A DNA stretch of 64,000 nt from Candidatus Bathyarchaeota archaeon (GTDB lineage: Archaea > Thermoproteota > Bathyarchaeia > TCS64): assembly GCA_963771885.1 (NCBI GenBank), contig CAVYVF010000023.1:96001-160000 (forward strand), in the 5' to 3' direction. This document shows, piece by piece, positions 41,824-50,055 of this stretch. The position numbers were made by a program, and so were the translations under genes. A model generated the notes under the pieces. It had not been told where the DNA came from, searched no databases, and worked only from the letters and a program-made list of their open reading frames with translations. Within the stretch, counting starts at the first letter, position 1, and the number at the start of each line of letters is the position of its first letter.

Positions 41824-42348
41824 ATGGAGTTCTACGAGGTCGTTAACACTAGGCGGAGCGTCCGCAGCTACAAGCCAGACGAGATACCGGAGGATATCCT
41901 CGATAGAGTGCTCGACGCCGCGAGGGTCGCCCCCTCGGGCAGCAACAGGCAGCCATGGAAGTATATACTCGTCAGGAACCCCGAAATACGCAAGAAGATA
42001 GCCACCATCAGCGGTGGACAGCCGTGGATCGCCGAAGCGCCTATAGTCGTCGTCGCCTGCGGGAGTGACATAAAGTACGACCGCGGAGGATATATGGGAG
42101 AGCTGAGCTTCCTCCTCGACTCCGCCATTGGGCTCACACACCTCATACTTGCCGCACGTGCGGAGGGGCTGGGCACATGCTGGATAGGGCTCTTCGACAA
42201 CGACTCGCTTAAGGAGTTGTTGGAGATCCCGCCAGGCTGGAACGTCGCGGCGGTGACGCCGCTCGGCTACCCTAAGGAGCCAAAGTGGACTCAGAGTGTG
42301 AAGCGCAAGACTCTAAAGGAGATCGTTGCAGTAGACGAGTGGTCCTGA
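41824..42348 (+). CDS. Nitroreductase family protein
   Basis: RRSVRSY, APSGSNRQPW, GLGTCWIG, LGYP. Confidence 0.92.
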   Translation: MEFYEVVNTRRSVRSYKPDEIPEDILDRVLDAARVAPSGSNRQPWKYILVRNPEIRKKIATISGGQPWIAEAPIVVVACGSDIKYDRGGYMGELSFLLDSAIGLTHLILAARAEGLGTCWIGLFDNDSLKELLEIPPGWNVAAVTPLGYPKEPKWTQSVKRKTLKEIVAVDEWS

Positions 42349-43016
42349 TGCTTAAGATACGCCTAGCCGTCTTCGACATGGCGGGAACGACCGTCGACGA
42401 CGTGATCGATGGAATGCCTCTTGTTCTTCGCAGCTATGATGACGCCTTTCGGAGGCACGGCGTCGTTGTCCCGATGGAGACGCTTAATGATATGCGTGGG
42501 CGTGACAAGAGGGAGGTCATCAACATGCTCGGCGGCGAGAAGGCGCCTGCCATCTACAAGGACTTCGTCGAGATGCTCACAAGTAATGTCTCCAGGGTCA
42601 AGGAGATCCAGGGGACATCGGATATTTTTCGCTGGCTCAAGGAGCATGGCGTCGCCGTCGGCGTCGAGAGCGGCTTCCCTGCGACCGTCACCCATGACAT
42701 CGTCAAGCACCTCAAGTGGGAGGAACGGGGACTCATCGACTACTGGACCTGTAGCGAGATAGTCGACGAGGAGCGTCCCAGCCCCGCGATGATCAGGCGC
42801 ACGATGCGTCACTGCCACATAAGGGACCCGGCGCAGGTGCTCAAGGTGGATGACACGGGGATAGGCATCGAGGAGGGGCACAACGCTAAGGCTCACACAG
42901 TAGCTGTGCTCACCGGGACGCAGAGGAGGGATAAGATTGAGAAGGAGAAGCCTGACGCTATTCTACCGAGCATCAGGGAGCTGCCCGAGTACCTCACAAA
43001 GAACATGCTCGTCTAG
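42348..43016 (+). CDS. HAD-superfamily hydrolase, phosphonatase-like
   Basis: FDMAGTTVD, RPSPAMI, KVDDT…EG; TGATG overlap with the nitroreductase. Confidence 0.85.
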   Translation: MLKIRLAVFDMAGTTVDDVIDGMPLVLRSYDDAFRRHGVVVPMETLNDMRGRDKREVINMLGGEKAPAIYKDFVEMLTSNVSRVKEIQGTSDIFRWLKEHGVAVGVESGFPATVTHDIVKHLKWEERGLIDYWTCSEIVDEERPSPAMIRRTMRHCHIRDPAQVLKVDDTGIGIEEGHNAKAHTVAVLTGTQRRDKIEKEKPDAILPSIRELPEYLTKNMLV

Positions 43017-44239
43017 TCTTCGCGCTTCTCCGGCTCATTCACGAAGAAGATTATCAAAAGTATCGAGGGCACCATGAATAGGGCCTCACCCCAGAAAGGA
43101 AGCTGATGGCCCACGTTGTCGTAAAGCCATCCGCCAGCAATCTGCCCGGCGGACATCGCGAGCATTCCCCAGAAACCCATAGCTCCGTTCGCCTTCCCCC
43201 TGTGCTGCTTCGGCACTAGGTCGGCGAAGAGAGTCAGCCCCGCCGAGTTAAAGAGAACTATCAGCAGCCCCGCCAGAGTCATCGCAAGTATGAGCCTCCA
43301 GAAGTCGCCGTAGACTAGCAGAGGAACCCAGGCGATGCTCGCGAACCCCGCGATTATGAGGGGCTTCTTCCTCCCTATCCTGTCGATGAGCTTCCCGCTA
43401 GGTATGGCAACTATAATCATGGTGACGAACATCGCCGTCATGATGTAGCTGAGAGCCACGGGATCTATGCCGAGATCGTTGACTATGTACAGGGTTATTA
43501 CGGGCTGGAAGAGCCCGATAGCGAAGCTGCTGATGAGGTTAGCGATAAAGAAGACGAAGGCTGTGCGTGGGAGTAACCCCCATACATTCCAGCTCTCCCT
43601 AATCGAGAGGGGTACTGTTTTAGCTGCTTCTCGGATGTTGAATTTGTCAGGTGTCTCGACGGTCTCTTTTAGTCGCAGGCGGAGGAAGGCGGCGACGAGG
43701 AAGCCGCCGAGGGCTACCGCGTAGCCGAGCCTCATGCTCGGGATGAGCCCCATCCGAGCGTAAAGGACACCGGCGAGGAGAGGTGCGGGGGTCGTCGAGA
43801 CGCTCGCGATGAGGTTGATGAGGCTGAAAGCCATCCCCCTCTTCTCCTTGGGCACCGAGTCGGCAACAATCGCCATTAGAGCGGGTCCGTAGATGTTGGT
43901 GACGCCGACAAGGAAGGCGCCGACGAGTATCCACTCCCACGTGGGAGCGAATATGTAGAATAGGCGAGCGAAAGCGGCGACGAAGGTCATTGTGGCGATG
44001 AGCCACTTGCGCCCGTACTTATCGGCGAGGTAGCCGCCGGGTATCTGGACGATTCCCCTAGCGATGGCTTCAACGGCGCCGATGAGGCCGATCGTGGCAG
44101 CTGTTCCACCGAGCGCCTCGACGTAGAGGGGGTAGTAGGTGCCCGGGAGCTCGCCGGCGAAGTCAAGTACGAGCCAGCTCGCTATCATTACGGCGAAGTT
44201 GCCCGCGACAAAGCCGAACTCGCTCCTGAGCTTGCCCAT
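43013..44239 (-). CDS. MFS transporter
   Basis: GYLADKYGRK and GKLIDRIGRK motif A copies; about 12 TM segments. Confidence 0.9.
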   Translation of the reverse strand: MGKLRSEFGFVAGNFAVMIASWLVLDFAGELPGTYYPLYVEALGGTAATIGLIGAVEAIARGIVQIPGGYLADKYGRKWLIATMTFVAAFARLFYIFAPTWEWILVGAFLVGVTNIYGPALMAIVADSVPKEKRGMAFSLINLIASVSTTPAPLLAGVLYARMGLIPSMRLGYAVALGGFLVAAFLRLRLKETVETPDKFNIREAAKTVPLSIRESWNVWGLLPRTAFVFFIANLISSFAIGLFQPVITLYIVNDLGIDPVALSYIMTAMFVTMIIVAIPSGKLIDRIGRKKPLIIAGFASIAWVPLLVYGDFWRLILAMTLAGLLIVLFNSAGLTLFADLVPKQHRGKANGAMGFWGMLAMSAGQIAGGWLYDNVGHQLPFWGEALFMVPSILLIIFFVNEPEKRED

Positions 44240-44406
44240 TATACTGCCAAGCCCCGCCAAACCTAACACGCTCTTTGACCCCTAGACGCGGCTTCCTTTT
44301 ATAAATGGGACTCATCGCCGGTGGTGGCTTTCTTGTACTCACAATTCGTTACTTGGTACGCCTCGAAACGCTTTTAATATGACCCCCGTATCCCTTTTTC
44401 CGCGCG

Positions 44407-44480
44407 GCCTCTGTGGTGCAACGGTAGCATACGGGACTGTGGATCCCTTGACCTGGGTTCGACTCCCAGCAGAGGCCCCA
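44407..44480 (+). tRNA. tRNA-His (GTG), intronless, encoded G-1 (44406) and CCA
   Basis: Acceptor GCCTCTG/CAGAGGC, anticodon loop CT-GTG-GA, T-arm CTGGG-TTCGACT-CCCAG, discriminator C. Confidence 0.93.
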
Positions 44481-44539
44481 CCCCGCGCTGGGCTTAGCTG
44501 GCAAACCTATAAATGTGCGATGCCGGCTAACTGTGGTGG

Positions 44540-44627
44540 GCGGAGGTCGCCCAGCTAGGCCAAAGGCGTAGGACTGAGGCTCCTATCCCGAAGGGGTTCG
44601 TGGGTTCGAATCCCACCCTCCGCACCA
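44540..44627 (+). tRNA. tRNA-Leu (GAG), long variable arm, encoded CCA
   Basis: Acceptor GCGGAGG/CCTCCGC, TAGGA-CTGAGGC-TCCTA anticodon arm, variable-arm hairpin CCCGAAGGG, GTGGG-TTCGAAT-CCCAC. Confidence 0.95.
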
Positions 44628-44825
44628 CCACTTAATTATTGTTCGATAAGCCGTCATTTTATCGAGTGGAAGGTGGGTTACGACCGGCACACCGACCACC
44701 GCCGCGCGCATGATCGGAAGAGAGTGAACTTCTGTGTGAGCGTTGAGGGCGTCTTCGTCGAGATGGACTCCGAGCTTCTCGAGTATTGGCGCACCTTGAA
44801 GAGCCAACTCATCAGCAGCCGATAA

Positions 44826-44902
44826 CCGCACTTTTCTGCATAAATCTGCACTTTCTGCGCAATTGTGCACCGCACAAACCGCACTATTGTGCACTTCTGC
44901 AC
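44826..44902 (+). repeat. Array of nine YGCA(C) motifs, mostly 8-11 bp apart
   Basis: GCA cores at 44828, 38, 48, 59, 67, 72, 81, 91, 99. Confidence 0.7.
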
Positions 44903-45318
44903 CCCAAAGTGTTTCAGGACTGAACCCGAGTGTCCGCGCCTGATATCGAACCCCGAGGGGAAACCTAACGAGGAAGCGGTCGATAGTGTCAACAAGTAGG
45001 AGCGATCATGAACTTCACCACTAGGGAGGCTGTCGACCTCGGCTGCGTCGAAAAAACGTCCACGTTGAACCCTACTAGCCGCCGCTATGGTCAAACAACT
45101 GACGACTAACCCTAAAAAGTGCGGATATTCGGGAAAATGGCATTCCCCGCAGCAGGATACCCGCGTGGGTTAGAGGCCAAGTACACAGGAGATGCCGCAG
45201 TCTAAGTGGAGGCTCTCCAGGTTGGGGCGTACAGAAAAATATCTTCTTCGACGATGAACTATCCGAAACTGTATCCCCTGAGAAGGATTAGTCCGGGGAA
45301 GGTCCGCAGTCCGTCCAT

Positions 45319-45397
45319 AGTGCAGACGAGTGCGCCGAGTGCGGGTGCACTGCGGAATAGTGCGCCGAGTGCGGGGGTAGTGCGGACGAGTGCGCTG
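45319..45397 (+). repeat. ~2.6 copies of a 30-bp tandem unit built from AGTGCG sub-repeats (10/9/11 bp spacing), inverted relative to the 44826 array
   Basis: agtgcagacg-agtgcgccg-agtgcgggtgc / actgcggaat-agtgcgccg-agtgcgggggt / agtgcggacg-agtgcgctg. Confidence 0.8.
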
Positions 45398-45408
45398 TAA
45401 AACCACTA

Positions 45409-45497
45409 GCTGCACCTGCAGAGGTGCAGCCGGTGCAGAACGCGCAGTCAGGCGCACTCACCGCAGAACGCGCACCCCCCGCACTCGCACCTGCAGA
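45409..45497. repeat. 9-bp perfect inverted repeat GCTGCACCT-gcag-AGGTGCAGC followed by further GCAC/GCAG motifs
   Basis: IR at 45409-45430; GCAGAACGCGCA twice; GCACCTGCAGA twice. Confidence 0.65.
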
Positions 45498-45664
45498 CGA
45501 AGAGGTGGACGAGGAAGTGCAGACGGGAAAAACGGGATACACTCAAGAGAGATCTATGCAGCGCACTTGGCTGGACTTTTTGAGAGATATGCAGGTACCT
45601 CCTCTTTCGAAAGGAGGGCATTGTCTAGCCTGAAAAACTAAAAAAGGCATACGCTGAATATTGT

Positions 45665-45979
45665 ATGGTGAATGTGTTGCCTAGCAATGATGTTAAAATT
45701 ACCGTTCTGAAGAAGGTCAAGACTGGTGAGATTCTCAAGGAGTACGGTGCCTCGACGGTTGAGCAGGAGTGCCCCGTCGTCAAGGAGGGCGTCGAGTACC
45801 TGAGCAAGGGGGGCAAGATACCCGAGGGCTTCTGCGGCTGGGCTTGGGCCGACATCCAGAGGGACGTGGCTGTCCTCGCGTTCGGCGGTGACTTCCCATG
45901 GATCAAGAAGAAGGGTACGATGATCAGTTGCTGCACAGACGGCTTACGCCCGGTCATCTTCAAGCTGGACCGCGTCTAG
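45665..45979 (+). CDS. TIGR04076-like small Cys-containing protein
   Basis: VKITVLKK, CP, PEGFCGWAW, SCCTDGLRPVIFKL. Confidence 0.85.
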   Translation: MVNVLPSNDVKITVLKKVKTGEILKEYGASTVEQECPVVKEGVEYLSKGGKIPEGFCGWAWADIQRDVAVLAFGGDFPWIKKKGTMISCCTDGLRPVIFKLDRV

Positions 45980-46263
45980 TTCTTCAGGTAGCCCTTCAGG
46001 TTTTTTGTGAGGGGCTTGCCTAGAGTCGCCTCGATCGGCTCGAATATCTCCGTGTACCTGTTTCCGTCTTCGACCTTGATGCGCTCCTTGGAGGCGATGA
46101 CGACGAATATTTCGTCGCCCTGCTTCAGGGTAGTGCTGTTGGCGTGGCCGCCGGGGATGACGACGGCGCCGAGGTACGTCTCTCTGTCCGTCCTCCGCCT
46201 CTCTACGAGGACCTTCCCGCCCCTGACGAGGATGAGGCTGACAGTGTCGACCGTCTTCTTCAT
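45976..46263 (-). pseudogene. Apparent chimera: NUDIX hydrolase N-terminus fused to an unrelated (TrkA-C-like) tail
   Basis: VSLILVRGGKVLVERRR…IPGGH stops at the start of the Nudix box, then TTLKQGDEIFVV. Confidence 0.5.
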
Positions 46264-46271
46264 GGTTACTG

Positions 46272-47099
46272 CTACTTTTGGCAACCCGGGCAGTAGTAGA
46301 CCTGGCCGCCGCCATGCGCCATCTTCTCCACCTTAGACCCGCAACGGGGACACTCCGCGTCCTTCATACTCGGGCCCATCTTCGGCGCGTAGCCACCCGG
46401 CTTGCCGAAGAGGTCGACGAACTCGTCCTTGCCCCCGAGGAGCAGCCTCTCCTCGATGAGGCCGCTCACGGCGGGGTAGAGGGCGTCGGCCTGGCTTGGG
46501 GTAAGCTCCGAGGCCTTCGTGTGGGGGTGTATGCCCGCCCGCCAGATTATGTCCTGGAAGGCGCTGTTGCTCAGCCCAGTTACAATGGCGTCCTTGCCGA
46601 CGAGGATGGGCTTGAGCTGTGTTCCCTTCGATGTGACTAGTTTTCTGAACTGTTCCTCGGTCAAGTCGAGGGGGTTTGACGCGCCGAGGTAGTCACGCTT
46701 GTACATGTAGAGCCCGGGAAGCTGCTCATCGCGGGCCGCGTAGACAAGCCCCATACTTGTGAGGCGCACGGTAAGAGAGTCGCCGCCTGCGAAGCCGACG
46801 CGTAGGTGGTGCCTCGCCTCCTCGCCGCGGGGGTGGTAGAGGATGACGCCGCCGTACTCTGGCGCGAGCATCAGGTTCATCCCCCCATCCAGCTTGACCC
46901 TGATGGTGTTCCCGCTGCCCCCAGCTCCCTCGACACGCCTGCCGATGAACTGCTTAAAGTCGTCGAGGTTCTTGTTGATTAATCCGATTCGGATCAGTTT
47001 CTCGTAGTCCTTGAGGTCGTAGGATTCGATGATCTTGCCCTTTATGGTCTCATCGAGCTGCTTTGCGAGTATGCGTGACTCGGGGTATTCGATGCTCAC
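46272..47099 (-). CDS. Fpg/Nei-family DNA glycosylase-like protein (H2TH plus Zn finger)
   Basis: N-terminal IEYPE, GLSNSAFQDIIWRAGIHP, DLFGKPGGY, CPRCG…YYCPGCQ. Confidence 0.85.
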   Translation of the reverse strand: MSIEYPESRILAKQLDETIKGKIIESYDLKDYEKLIRIGLINKNLDDFKQFIGRRVEGAGGSGNTIRVKLDGGMNLMLAPEYGGVILYHPRGEEARHHLRVGFAGGDSLTVRLTSMGLVYAARDEQLPGLYMYKRDYLGASNPLDLTEEQFRKLVTSKGTQLKPILVGKDAIVTGLSNSAFQDIIWRAGIHPHTKASELTPSQADALYPAVSGLIEERLLLGGKDEFVDLFGKPGGYAPKMGPSMKDAECPRCGSKVEKMAHGGGQVYYCPGCQK

Positions 47100-47152
47100 A
47101 CCGTTCACCGATTGTGAGCCGGTTTCATCCTTCTTTAAGCGTTGGGTGGGGG

Positions 47153-47992
47153 CTAGAGGTTGATCAGGAGGACGGCTACGAGGGTCAGGGCGATGCCGAG
47201 GGCGTTGACTCTGCTGATCTTCTCCTTGAAGATGAGCCATGCCAGTATGGTGACTAGGAGCAGACCCCCAGAGTTTACGAGCGGGAAGACCACCGCCCCT
47301 GGAAGCAGCGTCAAGGCGAGCAGAGTGGATAAGTTGACGCCTATGTTGCATACCCCCACGGCGCCCCCGTAGGCGAAGTCACGCGGAGCAATCTCGCCTC
47401 TGTATCTCAGGGCGACGGGGATGGTCATCAGCGTCGCCGCTGTAAAGACGACTACGAAGAAGGCGTCCCTCTCCGCCCCGAGGCCAGATGCGACGAGCAC
47501 CTTCGAGGTGAACTGGGCAAAGCCCTGAACCACGAGTTGGACGACTATGAGTGCGAGCGTCTCCCGGTCGAGAGCGCCGTTGAGACCACTTTCCCTCGAC
47601 GCGAGGAGGGGCAGCGAGACGAGTGCTACGCCAACTCCGATGATTTGGGTAACGCCGAGGCTATCGCCATAAAGCGCCACCGAGAGACTCACGGGAATGA
47701 GGACCGAGAGCTGGCTCGCCGAGACTGCTATCGATGCACCGCGCCTGCCTATCGTGGTCATTCCGAGATACATCCCGCCTATGTAGAGGAGACCGCTGAC
47801 GACGCCGAGGCCTATAGTGAGCAGCGAGGCGGAGTGGAAGCCGTTGAGGGCGAACATGGCGAAGCTGAGCGCGAGCGCTACGCAGTAGTTCGCGGCGATG
47901 ACACCCCACCGAGTCTTTATCGACTTGACTGCGAGGCGATTAACCATGTTTATGCCGGTTATGGCGATTATACCTGAGATGACGAACGCCAT
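47153..47992 (-). CDS. EamA/DMT-family transporter
   Basis: About 10 TM segments in two repeats; VVFPLVN…LIFKEKIS. Confidence 0.85.
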   Translation of the reverse strand: MAFVISGIIAITGINMVNRLAVKSIKTRWGVIAANYCVALALSFAMFALNGFHSASLLTIGLGVVSGLLYIGGMYLGMTTIGRRGASIAVSASQLSVLIPVSLSVALYGDSLGVTQIIGVGVALVSLPLLASRESGLNGALDRETLALIVVQLVVQGFAQFTSKVLVASGLGAERDAFFVVVFTAATLMTIPVALRYRGEIAPRDFAYGGAVGVCNIGVNLSTLLALTLLPGAVVFPLVNSGGLLLVTILAWLIFKEKISRVNALGIALTLVAVLLINL

Positions 47993-48062
47993 CGGGGGCA
48001 CACCTGAGAGGTCCAAGATTGTACCAAGCAGACCCACCTACGACTATATAATCCTTAGAAAA

Positions 48063-48830
48063 CTAGTAGCCAGCTTTCCGGAAGATGGCTTCAGCAGATC
48101 GACGTGCAGTTGAAACGTCCGACAGTTTTAACAATGACTCCCCGCGTAGCACGGCCCTTGCGAGGTCATCATCAGCCGCAAGCTTGCCGAGGTATCTCTC
48201 CCCAGTCTTCGCCTCAACCTCGGCTTCCCAACCTTCAGGAAATCTGTAGTTACCGACGACGAAGAACCTTTTACATATCAGATTCAGATCGCCCAGCAGC
48301 CTGCGGCTCCTCCTTACGTGGTCGAATGCCTTCTGAGAGGGGTCTATAATATCGAAGATGTCATCAACTTCAGGGGTTACGCGGCGGTTAAGCTGCTCGA
48401 GCCCGGCGGGGCTGTCTATGATAACGTGGCGGTAGCTACGGATCATGCCCGTGAGCGCCATCCTCATCGCCATGTTCGACGTGCAGTAGCATCCCTCACC
48501 CCACTTCACGCCAAGCGTGATTAGGTCGAACCCCTCGCCCTCATAGAGCCCCTCGCCCCAGATACGTGCCTCCAGCTTCTCGATTGGAAATGGCTGAGGA
48601 CGATCCGTACCGTCGCTTTCCCTCTCCATGGTGTCGAGTAAAAGCTCGGAGACCGTTGACTTACCGGCAGCCAATAAGTCGACACCAATCATCTCGGCGA
48701 GGTTCATGTCTGGGTCGAGGTCGACGAGTAGTATGGGAGTCTCTCTCTTCTCAAGGAAGTGTGCGGCGAGAAGGACTGTGAAGCTAGTCTTCCCGGTTCC
48801 GCCCCTACCCACGACGGCGATACGCTCCAA
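48063..48830 (-). CDS. CooC/AcsF-like ATPase (Ni-insertion / CODH maturation family)
   Basis: GRGGTGKT, VDLDPDMNL, EGCYC, IDSPAGLEQLNRR. Confidence 0.85.
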   Translation of the reverse strand: MERIAVVGRGGTGKTSFTVLLAAHFLEKRETPILLVDLDPDMNLAEMIGVDLLAAGKSTVSELLLDTMERESDGTDRPQPFPIEKLEARIWGEGLYEGEGFDLITLGVKWGEGCYCTSNMAMRMALTGMIRSYRHVIIDSPAGLEQLNRRVTPEVDDIFDIIDPSQKAFDHVRRSRRLLGDLNLICKRFFVVGNYRFPEGWEAEVEAKTGERYLGKLAADDDLARAVLRGESLLKLSDVSTARRSAEAIFRKAGY

Positions 48831-48835
48831 AAAAG

Positions 48836-49093
48836 TCACCAGTTTACGGTTATCGCCTTCTGGGGACATGCCTTGACACACTTGCCACAACGCGTGCAGA
48901 GGTCAGTCCAGACGGCGGTGACCTGCCAGAGGTCAGGGTCGTACCGGTTCTTCTGCTTAGCCCCAATTGTCTCGTGGCGGATGAAAACTGTGGGGTCGCA
49001 GGTCTTGAGACATACCCCGCATTCACGGGGGTCTATGCCTCCAGTCGCGTTACCGCACTTACTCTGGTCAATGTTAATCTTCGTCCAGCCCAT
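48836..49093 (-). CDS. Small ferredoxin-like protein
   Basis: C…ECGVCLKTCDP and CTRCGKCVKACP. Confidence 0.8.
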   Translation of the reverse strand: MGWTKINIDQSKCGNATGGIDPRECGVCLKTCDPTVFIRHETIGAKQKNRYDPDLWQVTAVWTDLCTRCGKCVKACPQKAITVNW

Positions 49094-49095
49094 TG

Positions 49096-49965
49096 CTAGT
49101 ACTGCCCCCTGAGGCCAGGGACCTCGTCGCGTGGGATTAGACCCAATGCGTCGAATTTGCACGCGTCCCTGCATAAGCCGCAACCGAAGCACTTGTTCTG
49201 GTCGATAATCACCCTCTTGAGAGTGGCGTTATACCTTATCGCACCGAACTGGCAGCGAGCCACACACCTCATACAGCCCTGACACATGTCGGGGTTAACC
49301 TCAGCCACGTACTCCGCCTTGTAAACGGTATGTATACCGAAGTCGTTGCGTAGGCGTAGTCCACCGCACTGGGGTACCTCGCAGCTGCAAATCGCGTTGA
49401 TGTAGGGCACAGGTTGGAACCAGACAGTGCTCACCCTGCCCTTACGGTTCTGCTCCTCGAGTGCTGCCACCGCCTCGTCCCGCGTCAACCGCACCTTTGT
49501 ACCCTCCGGAATAAACCGGGGCAGCTTCTCGATCACCCCACTCAAGGCACCGAAGTTGATGCAACAGACATCCTTGCACCCCTTCTGCATCCAGCGACAC
49601 ATACAGTAGTTCTGGATTATGGGCTCCGCAGCAAGCGTCAACATGATAGTCTTCGCCTCCTCGATGGGTATGACCTGCCCGAAGTGACCATCAGCGCGCA
49701 CCGGATTCCTGTGAGCGCCTTCGCTGTGTATCATTCTCTCAGCCTGCCAGCGGATCGCCCTTCCGATTATTGGCATACGCAGCTTATACCCGAGCCCAAT
49801 ACTGCTCATCCCCATCATCTTCCTGATGTAGACCTGCTCGAAGTTCATCCACTGCTCCGTCAGGTACGCTTCCATCTGCATCTCCTCCGCGAGCTCGTTT
49901 GAGTAGTTGCGGGCGTTGAGGTACCACTTGCCACCGGCGCCGTGCTTCATACACCACTGGCACAA
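49096..49965 (-). CDS. Cys-rich 4Fe-4S binding protein
   Basis: N-terminal MCQWCMKHG, CMCR, ICSCxxxxC, C-terminal CQGCMRCVARC and CFGCGLCRDAC. Confidence 0.85.
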   Translation of the reverse strand: MCQWCMKHGAGGKWYLNARNYSNELAEEMQMEAYLTEQWMNFEQVYIRKMMGMSSIGLGYKLRMPIIGRAIRWQAERMIHSEGAHRNPVRADGHFGQVIPIEEAKTIMLTLAAEPIIQNYCMCRWMQKGCKDVCCINFGALSGVIEKLPRFIPEGTKVRLTRDEAVAALEEQNRKGRVSTVWFQPVPYINAICSCEVPQCGGLRLRNDFGIHTVYKAEYVAEVNPDMCQGCMRCVARCQFGAIRYNATLKRVIIDQNKCFGCGLCRDACKFDALGLIPRDEVPGLRGQY

Positions 49966-50055
49966 GGCTGGATCGAATCTATTCTCCTCGTAGAAAATTT
50001 AACACCATTGACGGTGTGCGGAAGTTAAATACGCTAAACCGGCAAGCCTCATACC

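Noticed and set aside
15032..44613. 13-bp match to the tRNA-Leu T-arm as att sites of a 29.6-kb island
   Set aside because: The copy lies upstream of the tRNA, lacks the acceptor 3' end, no integrase is present and the interval holds core genes
44625..44630. Encoded CCACCA after tRNA-Leu as a degradation tag
   Set aside because: The acceptor stem is perfect and the extra CCA would normally be trimmed; probably chance
44905..45310. RNase P RNA, SRP RNA or self-splicing intron between the arrays
   Set aside because: No conserved RNase P or SRP signature found; the visible stems (4-5 bp at 45033, 45131, 45159, 45208) are short enough to arise by chance. An Rfam scan was not possible.
44826..45520. 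Repeat arrays as a CRISPR array
   Set aside because: Units are 5-10 bp or tandem 30 bp with no unique spacers, and there are no cas genes
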